DNA of 64,000 bases from Octopus vulgaris (Eukaryota): assembly GCA_951406725.2 (NCBI GenBank), contig OX597830.1:44950001-45014000 (forward strand), in the 5' to 3' direction. The notes under the pieces were generated by a model. It had not been told where the DNA came from. It saw nothing but the letters and a program-made list of their open reading frames with translations, and made no database searches. This document shows, piece after piece, positions 43,001-55,900 of the stretch (position 1 is its first letter; each line of letters begins with the position of its first letter). The position numbers and the translations under genes are program-made.

Positions 43001-43918
43001 GAACTAATACTACCCATTTTTCTTTTTTTTTTTTTTTTTTTGCCTCACTATGGGTTGGACAGTTTGACCAGGGCTGGCAAGCTGGAAGGCTGCACTAGAT
43101 TCCAGTCTGTACTGGCATGGTTTCTACAGCTGGATGCCCTTCCTAACAGAATGGTTGGCATTAGGAAGGGTACCCAGCTGTAGAAACCATGCCAAAACAG
43201 GCTGGAGTCTGGTGCAGCTTTCCAGCTTGCCAGCCCTGGTCAAACTGTCCAACCCATGCAAGCATGGATAACAGACATTAAATGATGATGATGTTGCTGC
43301 CTATGATATCTTCATTTTCACAAGTTTGTTGCTGTACTTAATTTTTACACTTGAGTGCAATACCACTCTCCATGTTTGACCTTGGTATATTTTTTATATT
43401 AAATTTCTGGCATTATACCTGAGTAAATATTGGAGGTCTGTTCAATGAGGTCTGAAGTAGGGATAATTTACAATGTTATTTATAAGAATCAACATCAGTG
43501 TGAATCACATTGTTAAAAATCACTGCCTTTGCAAATTAATGCCAGTGGAGACCACTGTAGTGCAGTGGACATTTGCTAGTACTATTTATAATGAAATGTT
43601 GGCAGTTCATAAACTACAATGATATTCTAAATCCTACAATATTAACTTTGATGCCAGAAATAAAAATTCATTCAACTGGGAAAATAACTATATTTTGATG
43701 TAAAACAGCCAAGTCATTGTCTCAGTGTAAAAGCCTAGAATATTAATGTGTTTGTGTAGAATGGAAGTACTAGACTACTATATTTATTGTAGATTTCTCA
43801 AAAATATTAGTAATTTTAGTGAAGTGAAACAGAAATTTGACCCATCAAAATAACAGATCACCAGATGCCATACACAACTTTTGAATTCAATGATAAAATT
43901 ATACTTAGAGTGTAACTG

Positions 43919-43957
<39 letters not shown>

Positions 43958-46900
43958 GTGTATGTATATATATTTCTTGTAATAATTTTACAAAGAGACC
44001 AGAGTTTATAGTTTACTCAAAAATATTTTGTTTCTAAGTGCTCTACATTTCATAATTGACTCAACAATAAATTTACTTGGTCTAGTTTTCCAATTCCTTC
44101 TATAAGACTGAAAAGTAGGATATAAAAATTCAATAATTTAAAACAGAAACAGTAGATCTAATGCATTCTGTGTTGCCTAATTAGAAATCATTACTCAGAA
44201 ATTTTGACAGTCTTAATGTTAAAACTGCAGATTCAAACTTTAGCAACTTCATTATTTTTTCATTACTATAATGTGATTTAGTGTGAGCGAAATATTGTGG
44301 AAATATTTCTAAATGCAATAGTAAGTCCTCTGCAGAATGTCTGTTCTTATGATGAATGATACCAAATATCAATAAAGATACTCACTCTTTGACAAGCTGC
44401 TAGTTCTGTGAACAAGGGATTGCGTAACGCAATGCCATATGACAAAAGAGATTTCCAAACACTCCGACTTGCTTGGGCAGAAAAAATCACTCTGAAAACA
44501 TCTTCAGGAGCAGACATAGGGTTGAGATCAAATTCTGAAAATGGATTAAAACTATTAGTATTTTGTTTGAACAATAGCATTAATTATATGGTTATATGGT
44601 TAAGAAATTTGCTTGCCAACCACATGGTTTCACATTCAGTCCCACCATGTAGCAGTCACTACACCCCTCAACCAACCAATGCCTTCTGAGTAGATCTGAT
44701 AGGTCGACACTGAAAGTCCATCAATATAGGTGTGTGTGTGTATACATGTCCTTGCTTGACATCACAAGATAGTTCTAAACGAGCATTACCATTATACAAA
44801 TGTTGTCATTCATTAACCATACTCCATGAAAATGTTAGGTCAGGGGAAAATATTTCCTTGCTTGGAAATAAGTAAGGGATAGCAAGATAGGAAAAGTCAG
44901 ATAGCATCTGACTGTAGAAACTCAATTTTAATGAGTTCCATCTGACCTGAGTAAAATATACTTGCACATTTTTACAGATTAGGCACATGTAAAATGTCCA
45001 GTATGTTAGTCAAACTTAGTTTATTTGATATTTAACATTATTTTGGTCAAATCGTCATCAGAATCTAATACTATGTCTCAGATCCATATTAATAAAGAGT
45101 AATAAGATACTAAAGAAGAATTTTGCAATCAAAATAACAGATGTTCCTAAAACACAAATTTCAGTCTAAGTGTGACCTGGAGTGTGTTATTACTTTTTCC
45201 ATAGAGAAATTCAGCTGTTTGAGAAAAACAACGAGGAGGGAACCAGGCTGCTGGAGTTCGATGCGAATAGTCTTATGGTTCGCAACACTAACTTCAGGAA
45301 ACCTACAAGCCACCTAGTCAACTACCGATCTGGCCGACATACTAGCCAAATCGACTACATCCTTGCCAGAAAAAGGGAAAGATGGCTGCTTATAAATGCC
45401 AAAACCTTCCCAGGTGAAGAATGTACGCCACAACATAGACTGGTAGTTAGTGACTTTAGGATCAGGACTAAGAGGACGACTAGAAGACGACCAACATGGA
45501 GAAGAAGGGTCTGGAAGCTTAAAGATCCTGCGAATGAACAGAGATTTAGAGCCATATTACTTTAAGCCTTTGACGAAATAGAAGGGGGTATAGCTTCACA
45601 TGGGGTAGAAGACAACTGGAGGTCTCTAAGGGACAACCTGCTGAGAGCCACTGACCAAATCTGTGGTTGGTGCAAAGTCCCTGCAAGACCCAAAATAACG
45701 TGGTGGTGGAACAATATTGTTGACAGGGCTATTAGACAAAAGAAACAGGCTTGGAAGGACTGGAAGAACGGCGGTAGCAGGGAAGTGTATCAGACTATCA
45801 GAAGGGAAGTTAGGAGGCAGGTGTATTTAGCCAGAGGGGAAGCAGATAAGAAAAAATTTGCCAATGTTCTGCGCAGTGAGGATGAAAGACTTGAGGTTTT
45901 TCGTGTTGCAAGACAGTGTGTGAGAGAGAATCGCGATGTGGTAGGAGAGAAATGTGTTCGTATGGATGATGGTTCACTTGCGCTAAATGAGGATGCAAAG
46001 AGAGAGGTTTGGAGATGCCACTATGAAAGGTTGCTGAATAAAGAAAATGAATGGGATAAAGAGAGTCTGCCAAATGTTGACCCAACAGAGGGACTAGCTA
46101 TCCAAGTTGACAGTTCCTTGGTAGTTAAGGCAATTAGTAGCATGAAGACAGGGAAAGCCCAGGCCCATCAGGAATTACTGCAGAGATGCTCAAAATATCT
46201 GGTAGTGTCGACTATAGCCTAGTCACCCGTATAGTTAACCAGGTGATACACGAAGGAGTCATTCCCAATGACTGGTGTAGCAGCATAATAGTCAACTGCT
46301 ACAAAGGTAAAGGTGACACCCTAGATACAAATAACTACAGGGGTATCAAGCTGCTGGATCAGGTAATGAAGGTTACGGAGAGGGTCATAGCCCAACTAAT
46401 TAGAGAGAGAGTTAGCTTAGATGAGATGCAGTTTGGGTTCATGCCAGGGAAAAGTACTACTGATGCTATATTCCTGGTAAGACAGCTGCAGGAGAAATAC
46501 CTAGCCAAAGATAAGCCCCTGTATCTGGCTTTTGTTGACATGGAGAAAGCCTTCGACAGGGTCCCCCGATCCCTTATCTGGTGGTCAATGACGAAACTAG
46601 GGATAGATGAATGGTTAGTGGGAGCTGTGCGAGCCATGTACAGGGATGCTGTTAGTAAGGTGAGGGTTGGCAACGAGTACAGTGAAGAATTCCGAGTAGA
46701 GTTTGGGGTCCACCAAGGTTCAGTCCTCAGTCCCCTCCTATTTATCATAGTCCTCCAGGCAATAACGGAGGAATTCAAGACTGGATGCCCCTGGGAGCTC
46801 CTCTATGCTGATGACCTTGCTCTAATTGCTGAGTCACTATCAGAACTGGAGGAGAAGTTTCAGGTGTGGAAGCAAGGATTAGAATCGAAGGGCCTTAGAG

Positions 46901-49900
46901 TCAACCTAGCCAAAACCAAAGTCCTAATAAGTAGGAAGGTAAACAAATCACAAACGCCTTCAGGTAGATGGCCCTGCTCGATCTGTAGAAAAGGTGTAGG
47001 TAGAAACTCTATAAGATGCACCAAGTGTAAGCTATGGACACATAAGAGGTGCAGCAATGTCAAAGGAAGGCTAACGAGGAAAATAGTGTTTGTTTGTGGC
47101 AGATGCTCAGGAGCAATAAACACTGAAAATGTGCAGACACCAAATTCTACCACATTCCAGGGAGAAAAACTAGAAGTAGTTGATAGCTTCCGTTACCTAG
47201 GTGACCAAGTCAGTAGCGGGGGTGGGTGTGCTGAAAGTGTAACTGCTAGAGTAAGAATAGCCTGGGCAAAGTTCAGAGAGCCCTTACACCTGCCGGTGAC
47301 AAAAGGCCTTTCACTCAGAGTAAAAGGCAGACTGTATGATGCATGTGTACGAACAGCCATGCTACATGGTAGTGAAACATGGGCCGTGAGTGCTGAGGAT
47401 ATGCGTAAGCTCGCAAGAAATGAAGCCAGTATGCTCCGATGGATGTGTAATGTCAGGGTTCATACTCAACAGAGTGTAAGTACCTTGAGAGAAAAGTTGG
47501 ACCTAAGAAGCATCAGCTGTGGTGTGCAAGAGAGATGTTTGCACTGGTATGGTCATGTGACAAGAATGGTTGAAGATAGTTGTGTGAAAAAGTGCCACAC
47601 CCTAGTGGTTGAGAGAACCTGTGGAAGAGGTAGACCGAGGAAAACCTGGGATGAGGTGGTGAAGCATGACCTTCAAACGTTAGGTCTCACCAAGGAAATG
47701 ACTAGAGACCGAGACCTATGGAAGTATGCTGTGCGTGAGAAGACCCGGCAGAACAAGTGAGACCATAACCCATGGCCTCTACCTGAGATGTAGCCAGTCG
47801 ACTTATGCATACTTTTCCTTCTTGGGACACAAAACTCCACTTGTGAAAACCTGTTGAGGCAAGTGGAGATCAGAACCAAAATCGAAGTCGATCAACATCA
47901 ATGGAAATTGCAGCTGTGATACCAGTGCCGGTGGCACGTAAGCATACCATCCGATCGTGGCCGTTGCCAGCATCGCCCCATATGGCCTCCGTGCCAGTGG
48001 CACGTAAAAAGCACCATCCGATCGTGGCCATCGCCAGCCTCGCCTGGCCCCCGTGCTGGTGACATGTAACAAGCACCATCCGACCGTGGCCGTTTGCCAG
48101 CCCCGTCTGGCACTTGTGCCGGTGGCACGTAAAAAGCACCCACTACACTCATGGAGTGGTTGGCGTTAGGAAGGGCATCCAGCCATAGAAACATTGCCAG
48201 ATCAGACAAGGCCTGGTGCAGCCTTCTGGCTTCCCAGACCCCAGTTGAACCAGCCAACCCATGCTAGCATGGAAAGCGGACGCTAAATGATGATGATGTT
48301 ATGTTGGGATGCGGCCGTGCGACATACAAGAGGAGAAATATGTCACCAAACTCCTTACGTACGGTCGAATTCTAACACCTCCAACAAATCAAGAATAAAT
48401 TAACACCAAATGACTATCCTAGATAAAGATATCTCAAAAATATATAAAATATAAATGATCAAAAACATTCTTACCCTGATTAGTCTCTTTACTTTCTTCT
48501 TTATTTGAATTGATTATTAAAGCATCATCTTCATCAGAACTACTTTGCCCTAAAATGTAAAGAAATTATATTACTATAATCGTGGAATAAATAAGCTCAA
48601 AATAAAGACAAACATTCCAAATATTTAATTAAAATATTATTCACGTGTGAAATGAGCACCGTTACAATACTCAATAGCTAAAATGGAAGAGAAAAACAAT
48701 AAAAAAACGTTATGGGGAATAAACCTTTACAAAAAGACACTAGGGACAATTTAAAAAGTTAATAAATATCTGTTTAAATATTGATTTATCTGGATTTAAA
48801 ATGTATTAGTCTATAGATAAACCCTCAAGATGGTAGAAATGGTCTTAATATATTGGTGGTACTTTTTGCAGATAAATCTTCTGATGTTTGAAGAACAATA
48901 CTAATGCCAATAGGATTTAAGCTTAAAACCTTGCAAAATGAGACAAATCTGGCACATCATTTAGTGTACTATTATAGTCATCTTCATTACACAGGGTATT
49001 AAAATATTGGTATCATTTTAAATATTGATATAATTTCTCTTCAGTTTTATTACAAAGAATGCTTACACCAAATAAATCTTTATAAAGAAAATAACTCATA
49101 AAATGTGATCAGATAAAAACAGTAAAATCAAATGTATTTAGTGATATTAATTGTAAATCATGCATTAGAGAAGAGTTGAAATAATAGGTTAAAGTTGGTT
49201 TAGTCCTGCAGAAAATATGTTGTGCTTAGTTAAGGAACATAACTTTAGAAAAACAAGTTCAAATATATGTGAATTTCCACTCAACAAATTAATTAGCCAT
49301 CAAACTTTTCTATTTTTTAGGCTATAAGAATTATGATACATACGCTTTTCTTTAGGGAATTAACAGCATAAATGAAGTGAAATAGCAACAGAGTGCCCAA
49401 ATGACTTCAATTAAAATCCTGTTGCAATCTTAGCTTACCAGAAGATTACTTCTTACTCTACAGTCAAACTATGAATGCCAAGATTTCATACAGGTGTTTA
49501 AAATTTACAGATTTACCCAACTTGGCATATAGAGATTACATTTATAAAGTTAATAAACAGAGGCATTGACTAACCTGTGTCAGAAGCTACTCCTATCTTG
49601 CTATAAAAACCATAACGAAATGCTTTTGTAGCAGGTTTTTTCATTTCCGAGTCAGTTTTGGTAGTTGTCTCTTCAGTCTCAGTGAAAAGATTGTTTTGAG
49701 CATTATTTACAATGTAGAATATGTGATCTCGAAGATGAGGACTAGGAAACCATGGAACTAACTGTAAAAGCTGAAAGGAATGAGATGATAATATTTAGCT
49801 CAGTTAGGGTAGTGAATTGGCAGAATGTTATCACACTGGACAAAATGCTTAGCATTGTTCCTTCCATCTTTACGTTCCAAGTTCAAATGCTGCCAGGGCC

Positions 49901-52900
49901 AACTTTGTCGTTCATCCTTTTGAGGTCGATAAAATAAGTACCAGTTGAATGTTGGGGGTCAATGTAATCGACTTATCCCCTTCTCTTTATTTTCATTCCT
50001 ACAGAAAATGGTTCCTAATTTCTTTGGTCATATTTCCTTCAGGCAATATTTGTGGAGAAGCCTAGTGGAATGTTTAGTGTGAAAGACTGACCAAATAATT
50101 TTAACTTTTGTTCATCCACAATAGATCAAAAGTCTTGGAAAACGTCTCTATTGACAGAGCAGCCATCAATTTCATGAGATCCTCAGACACCAACAAAAAG
50201 AAATGACATAAAACATAAACATAAATGGGTTTTTTTTTTTAAACAGCAATATATAAGATGGTGATATATTAAGAATGGAGAATGGTGTTCCCAAAAAATA
50301 GCATCAAAGATAAAGAGGTAAAGGAATTATCATTTCTGCTTGTGAGAAAGGGGTTTTCTCTCCAAGTGAAGGGCAGAGTGTATGATGCTTGTATATGAAG
50401 TGTGGTGTTGCATGCTAATAATGCATAGGCACTAAATGTAGAGGATGCTCACCTCATTTATTTCTAGTGAAGGCCAGAAAGAAACGAGATGGGAATGATG
50501 TACTCTTTGTGTAAATGTTAGGCATGCTTTGAATGATGTAACACGAAAGAGCTAAGAAAGACTAGATATAAGCAGAATCAAATATAATGAGTAAGAGAGG
50601 ACAGAGCTGATAACACACATATGATGTGTATGGAGGATAACAGATAAAGAAGTATCAATCACTCCAAATGGAAGGAATGTGTGCATGAGTAAAACTAAAG
50701 AAAACATGGGTGGAAGTGGTGCACAATTCAGAGAACAGAAGCTTGTAAAGCATAGAGAAAACATGTAATAATGATTAAAATAATAATTTAGAGGTATAAT
50801 CTAGACATAGTGTTTCTATAAAGGCTGTTGATTATGGGAAATAAAAAGGAAAGAGTTTATTTCAAGCAGATGCAACAGAGAGAGCAGCCATTAAAATTAA
50901 TATCTATAGAGTAGCAATTGAAATTAAGGATATAAAGAGAGGCAATGCAGCTGAATAAGAAACATTTTAATCATCTCAGCAACTATCTTGATGAAGTAGA
51001 GCATGTGCTAGCAACTGAGATTGTCATTCAGATAATAGAGGAAGATGTCATAACCAATAACTGGTATACAGGAGCAAAGATGGGTGGCAACTGCAGAGAC
51101 ATCAAATTGTTAGATCAAATTATTAAAGTTACAGTAAAAGTTATTCACAATTGTTAAGGAAGAAGAGTGGCTTAGATGAGATGCAGTTCAGCTTTGTGTC
51201 AGGAACAGGCACAAGTGGTTCCATATTCTTAGTGAGACAATTAGAGGGAAAATACATAGCTAAGAGTAAATGTCTATATTATGTAATTATTGGCCTGGAA
51301 AATACCAGTGATATTTCAGATCAGATGCCCATAAAAACTCCTGTATGATCACAACCTGTTTCTTATAAATAAATCTGTAGATTTAGAGAAGAAATTTCAG
51401 TAATGGAAGCAAAACCAGGAAATGAAAGGACACAAAGTAAACTTGGTAATGACTAAAGTCTTAGTAAGTAGGAAAGAATGGAATAGAAAAGACCCTGCTA
51501 ATGATTATGGAAAGTGTTACAGCCTTACATGCAGAAAAGAAGTTGATAAAAATTCCATGGTGTACCCAAGTAAAGGCACATGGCCCATTGGTTAGAACAT
51601 CAGGCTCACTCACAATCACAAGGTAGTGAGTTTGACTTCCGGACAGGGCTGTGTGTTGTGCTCTTGAGCAAGAGACTTCATTTCCCATAGCCCCAGTTCA
51701 CTCATCTGTAGAAATGAGTTGCAATATCACTGGTGCAAAGCTGTATTAGCCCTTGCCTTTCCCTTTGATAAAATCGGTGATGTGGAACAGAGAGGTTGGT
51801 ATGCACAGGTGACTGCTGGTCATCCATAAAATAACCTTGCCCGGACCTGCTAGTTAACTTTCTAGGTGCAATCCCATGGTCATTCAAGACCAAAGCGGTT
51901 TTTTTTTACACATTATAAGTGATGGATGCAAAAGAGGTGGGATTACATGAAGGATGACAGAGATGCTAGACTTCATATGTGGCAATAAGAACTAGGAAGA
52001 CACAGGAAATAAATTTTTGCAAATGACCAGACATGTCCCCAGAAGTTGTTGGGTGCAATAAGAACTAAGAAGACACAGGAAATAAATTTTTGCAAATGAC
52101 CAGACATGTCCCCAGAAGTTGTTGATAGCTTTTGCTCCCTAGTTAACCTAATTAATCTAATTAGTAGTAGTGGTAGGTATTCTGAAAGCAGAAAAGCCAG
52201 AATAAGAATGGATTTGGAAATGTTCAGGAAATTCTAGAAACAAAAGGAGATGACAAAGCTATATACTGATTAGAAATGTGTGAGGCCGGAATGAAAAAAA
52301 GACCTATCCACTGTGCAAGTATGGTGAAACAAATGTTGAAAGAGTAGCAATGATGGTGGCTAGGAGATGCATACATCAAGTTAGATTTCTTACTTAATAT
52401 GTTTCTAGAAGTCTTCATCTACCTCCTCTTCCCATCCTTTTGATACCCTCAGATCTCTCTCATTCATCTCTGTCACTCAAGCTTTCTTCACTTACTGTCT
52501 ATCCTATGCATTATATGATGCTTTCCATGTAATTAAGTAATCAAGTGGATCTCTGCAAAGAACTATTCCATGATACCCATGTGCTCAGGGATGACACTGG
52601 ATTCATCCAACACACTTGTCTCACTCTACACATTCTCTCTCCTGTTCATTGTTCCATGCATTTGTGTAACAAGAGATAGCACTAGACATATCCCTATTCT
52701 GTCATCACACATATGCTACCTCAACACACTCCATAGCTTATACATAGCTGGCTATGTATAAGAGTTAGTCTCATATTTGTTCATTATTCCTTGCCAATGT
52801 TGTGACTCATTCATTACTACCTCTAATATTGACATTCTTTACTTACTCCCTCCTCTACCACCACCTTTGCACTCTAATCACTTTGCCTCTCCATTCATGC

Positions 52901-55900
52901 TTTTACTCACCTCTGCTCATACAACCCTATCATAGATGTTATCTAGCTTTGCCATGTACAAGGCATCTTTACTGATGCTAGTGCCATCATAAAATATGTA
53001 TCCTATACATACTGTAAAGTAGTTGACAAATGAGCAGAGACAATACAGAGCTAAGAGAACTGTTTGGTCTTGTCAAGGACATGACAATCTTTCTAATGCT
53101 GATGCTATGATAAAATGCATTCATTATACTCTGTTGAGTGGTTGATGTTAGGATGGGCATCCACCAACAGAATTCCCAACACAAATGAAGCATACAAATG
53201 AAAATTTCTCTAATCTGACTCATCCAACTCATTTTAGAATGGGTAACAGATGTAAAGATGAAAATTGCTGGTGGCAATGGTTTTTTTTTTAATAATAATA
53301 ATAATAATGATGATCATATAATTAAATGATATGTCACAAGTATTGAGATCATACTTGCTGAGCAAACTATAACCTACCATGTAAATGACTTCTTTTTTTT
53401 TACATAAATTTATTTGATTTTGTAAATGAACAATGTGATGAGTTTATTTCAATGACTAATCAACTGCTAAGGGATTTACCAGCTTGATCCTTTCGTTACC
53501 GTATTTATTTTGAGATGCAGTGTGTTTCTGTCATTTAATTTTAAATATAACAAAGAATTTAGTAAAATAACTTAGTTATCATTAAGCTAGTGTTAGGAAC
53601 ATAAATTGTGACTGGTGGAAGATTTTAATCCAAAACTTATGAAAACAAGACATTTAAATTACAGAGCCAGAGGTAGTTTCAGCCAGGTTGGTTTCGAAAG
53701 GGTTAATAATAATCCTTTCTACTAAAGGTACAAGGCCTGAAATTTTTTGGGGAGGCTACTAGTCAATTACATCGACCCAGTACACAACTGGTACATATTT
53801 TATCAACCATGAAAGGATGAAAAGCAAAGTTGATCTCGGCAGAATTTGAACTCAGAATGTAAGGACAGATGAAATGCTATTAAGCACTTTTGGCATGCTA
53901 ATGACTCTGCCAGCTGGCATTATTAATAATAATAAGAAGAAGAAGAAGGAAGAAAAAGAAGAAGATGACACCCTTTTGTATATCAATAGATCCAAGATTG
54001 AAATCTGATAGAAATTTGACTTATTTCTAGCAGAACATGGAATTATATACAAGGTCATTTGTAGACCTGATAATCCAATATTATAAGATATATAACCAGG
54101 TTTCTCCTCTCCAGCAAGGCACCTTTTCCTGTCCCACTATCATATCTTAACTTACCAAACACCTAGCATAAAACTACCTCCCTCAATATTATACTCCACA
54201 TGAGTTGAGGAGTTTTGTCTTATGACTTACTGGGTAACCTCACTAATGATGGTATTATATATAAAAAAGACACCCTGTATACTCTGTAAAGTGGTTGGCA
54301 TAAAGAAGGGCATCCAGCCATAGGAACCATGCCAAAACAAAAACATTGGAGCTTGTTGCAGTTTTATGGTTTATGGGTCCCTATTGAACCATCCACCCCA
54401 TGCCAGTGTAGAAACTGGATGTTAAATGATTATGATGGCGATGAGGATGATAATGTATAAATGAAAGATATCAAATTGTAGGTTTCTCCTAAAACTGACA
54501 TTATAGCCAAAAAATTTACAAGAAAATAAAAAAAAATGTTTACCTGATCTTTGGGATATTGGTGCAGCTGTGCAAACCAAAGGAATGGTAACCAGTTATT
54601 GGTTTTGGCACAATTCTCTAGAAATCTAGTAGAGTAAGGCAGATGAAGATGATAACACAATAGAATAGATTGTGTCCATAAATGACCGGCTTCGAAACCA
54701 AAACTAAAAAAATAAATAAACAAAATATCATAAATAAATTCTTAAATAAAGAGTTACTTTTAAGAGAGTAAACTAGTTACTATAAGACTTACGGTGAAAC
54801 TTCTTCCTTTTCAATGTCATACTCAGTAGCATCTTCTAAAGTATTGAGCAGCTCTGAGGCTGAATTCCGTTTCCGTTTAAGGCAGCCCATTAACAACTGA
54901 CCTAATCACAAAACACAATGGGAAAAAAGGTATGAAATTACAGCAACAGACACAGAAAATATAGCTTACGTTGGAGACAATATCCTCATTAAGTATAAAT
55001 GATACAAGAAATGCTTGAGAGAGAGAGAGAACATGTGCTTTACATTATTTAAACAAAACATGAAACTTTTCAGAAGCAAATGCCAAAACAGAATGAATGA
55101 CTATTATCTTGCTCGTTCAAATGGATCCTGTAGAGTAACTTGCTTGAATATTAACTTTTGTTTCAGCTGACAATGAACAGATGTCTTTAAACTTACACGT
55201 AAAGGGTTTACACTTTGACCTAAGTATACAATGTAAGTGATGTGATGCACACGTATATCACGGTAAAGTCATATTGTAGTGAGCCAAGAAAGTCTAATTA
55301 AAATAGAATATGAACACAGTGCCATTTTAACTATATGTAGTCTGTACGAAGATAGATATTTTCTCAGCCTTGCTACTCTTGACCCAGCTTCGCTTGTTGG
55401 ATCCTATGAAAATGTCCAAGCCATGCCAACACAGAAGACAGATGTTAACTGATGATATTGATATATACACATATACACACATAACTATGTGCCAGTGGCA
55501 CGTAAAAAGCACCATCTGAACGTGGCCAGTGCCAGGTATAAAGCACCATCCAAATGTGGTTGATGCCAGCCCCTCAACCCGTCTGGCTCCTGAGCTAGTG
55601 GCATGTAAAAAGCACCTACTACATGCTCAGAGTGGTTGGCTTAAGGAAGGGCACCCAGCTGTAGAAACATTGCCAGACCCTAGTCAAACCGTCCAACCCA
55701 AGCCAGCATGGAAATGGACATTAAACGATGATGATGATGACATACATACACATCTGCAATGTACTACTTTACAATACATATAACCTTCTATAATGCATAA
55801 GGCTTTAAAGAAACCTCTACATGGTCACTGAATACGGTAGAAGTAGCGGTCAAATCTCATTCAAACTAGCCTTAGTGTCTAATATAAAGACACAAAGGAT

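Noticed and set aside
46186-47760. 524-aa RT ORF as an active or domesticated gene
   Set aside because: The element is 5'-truncated with an upstream stop and frameshift; the open frame is explained by young age.
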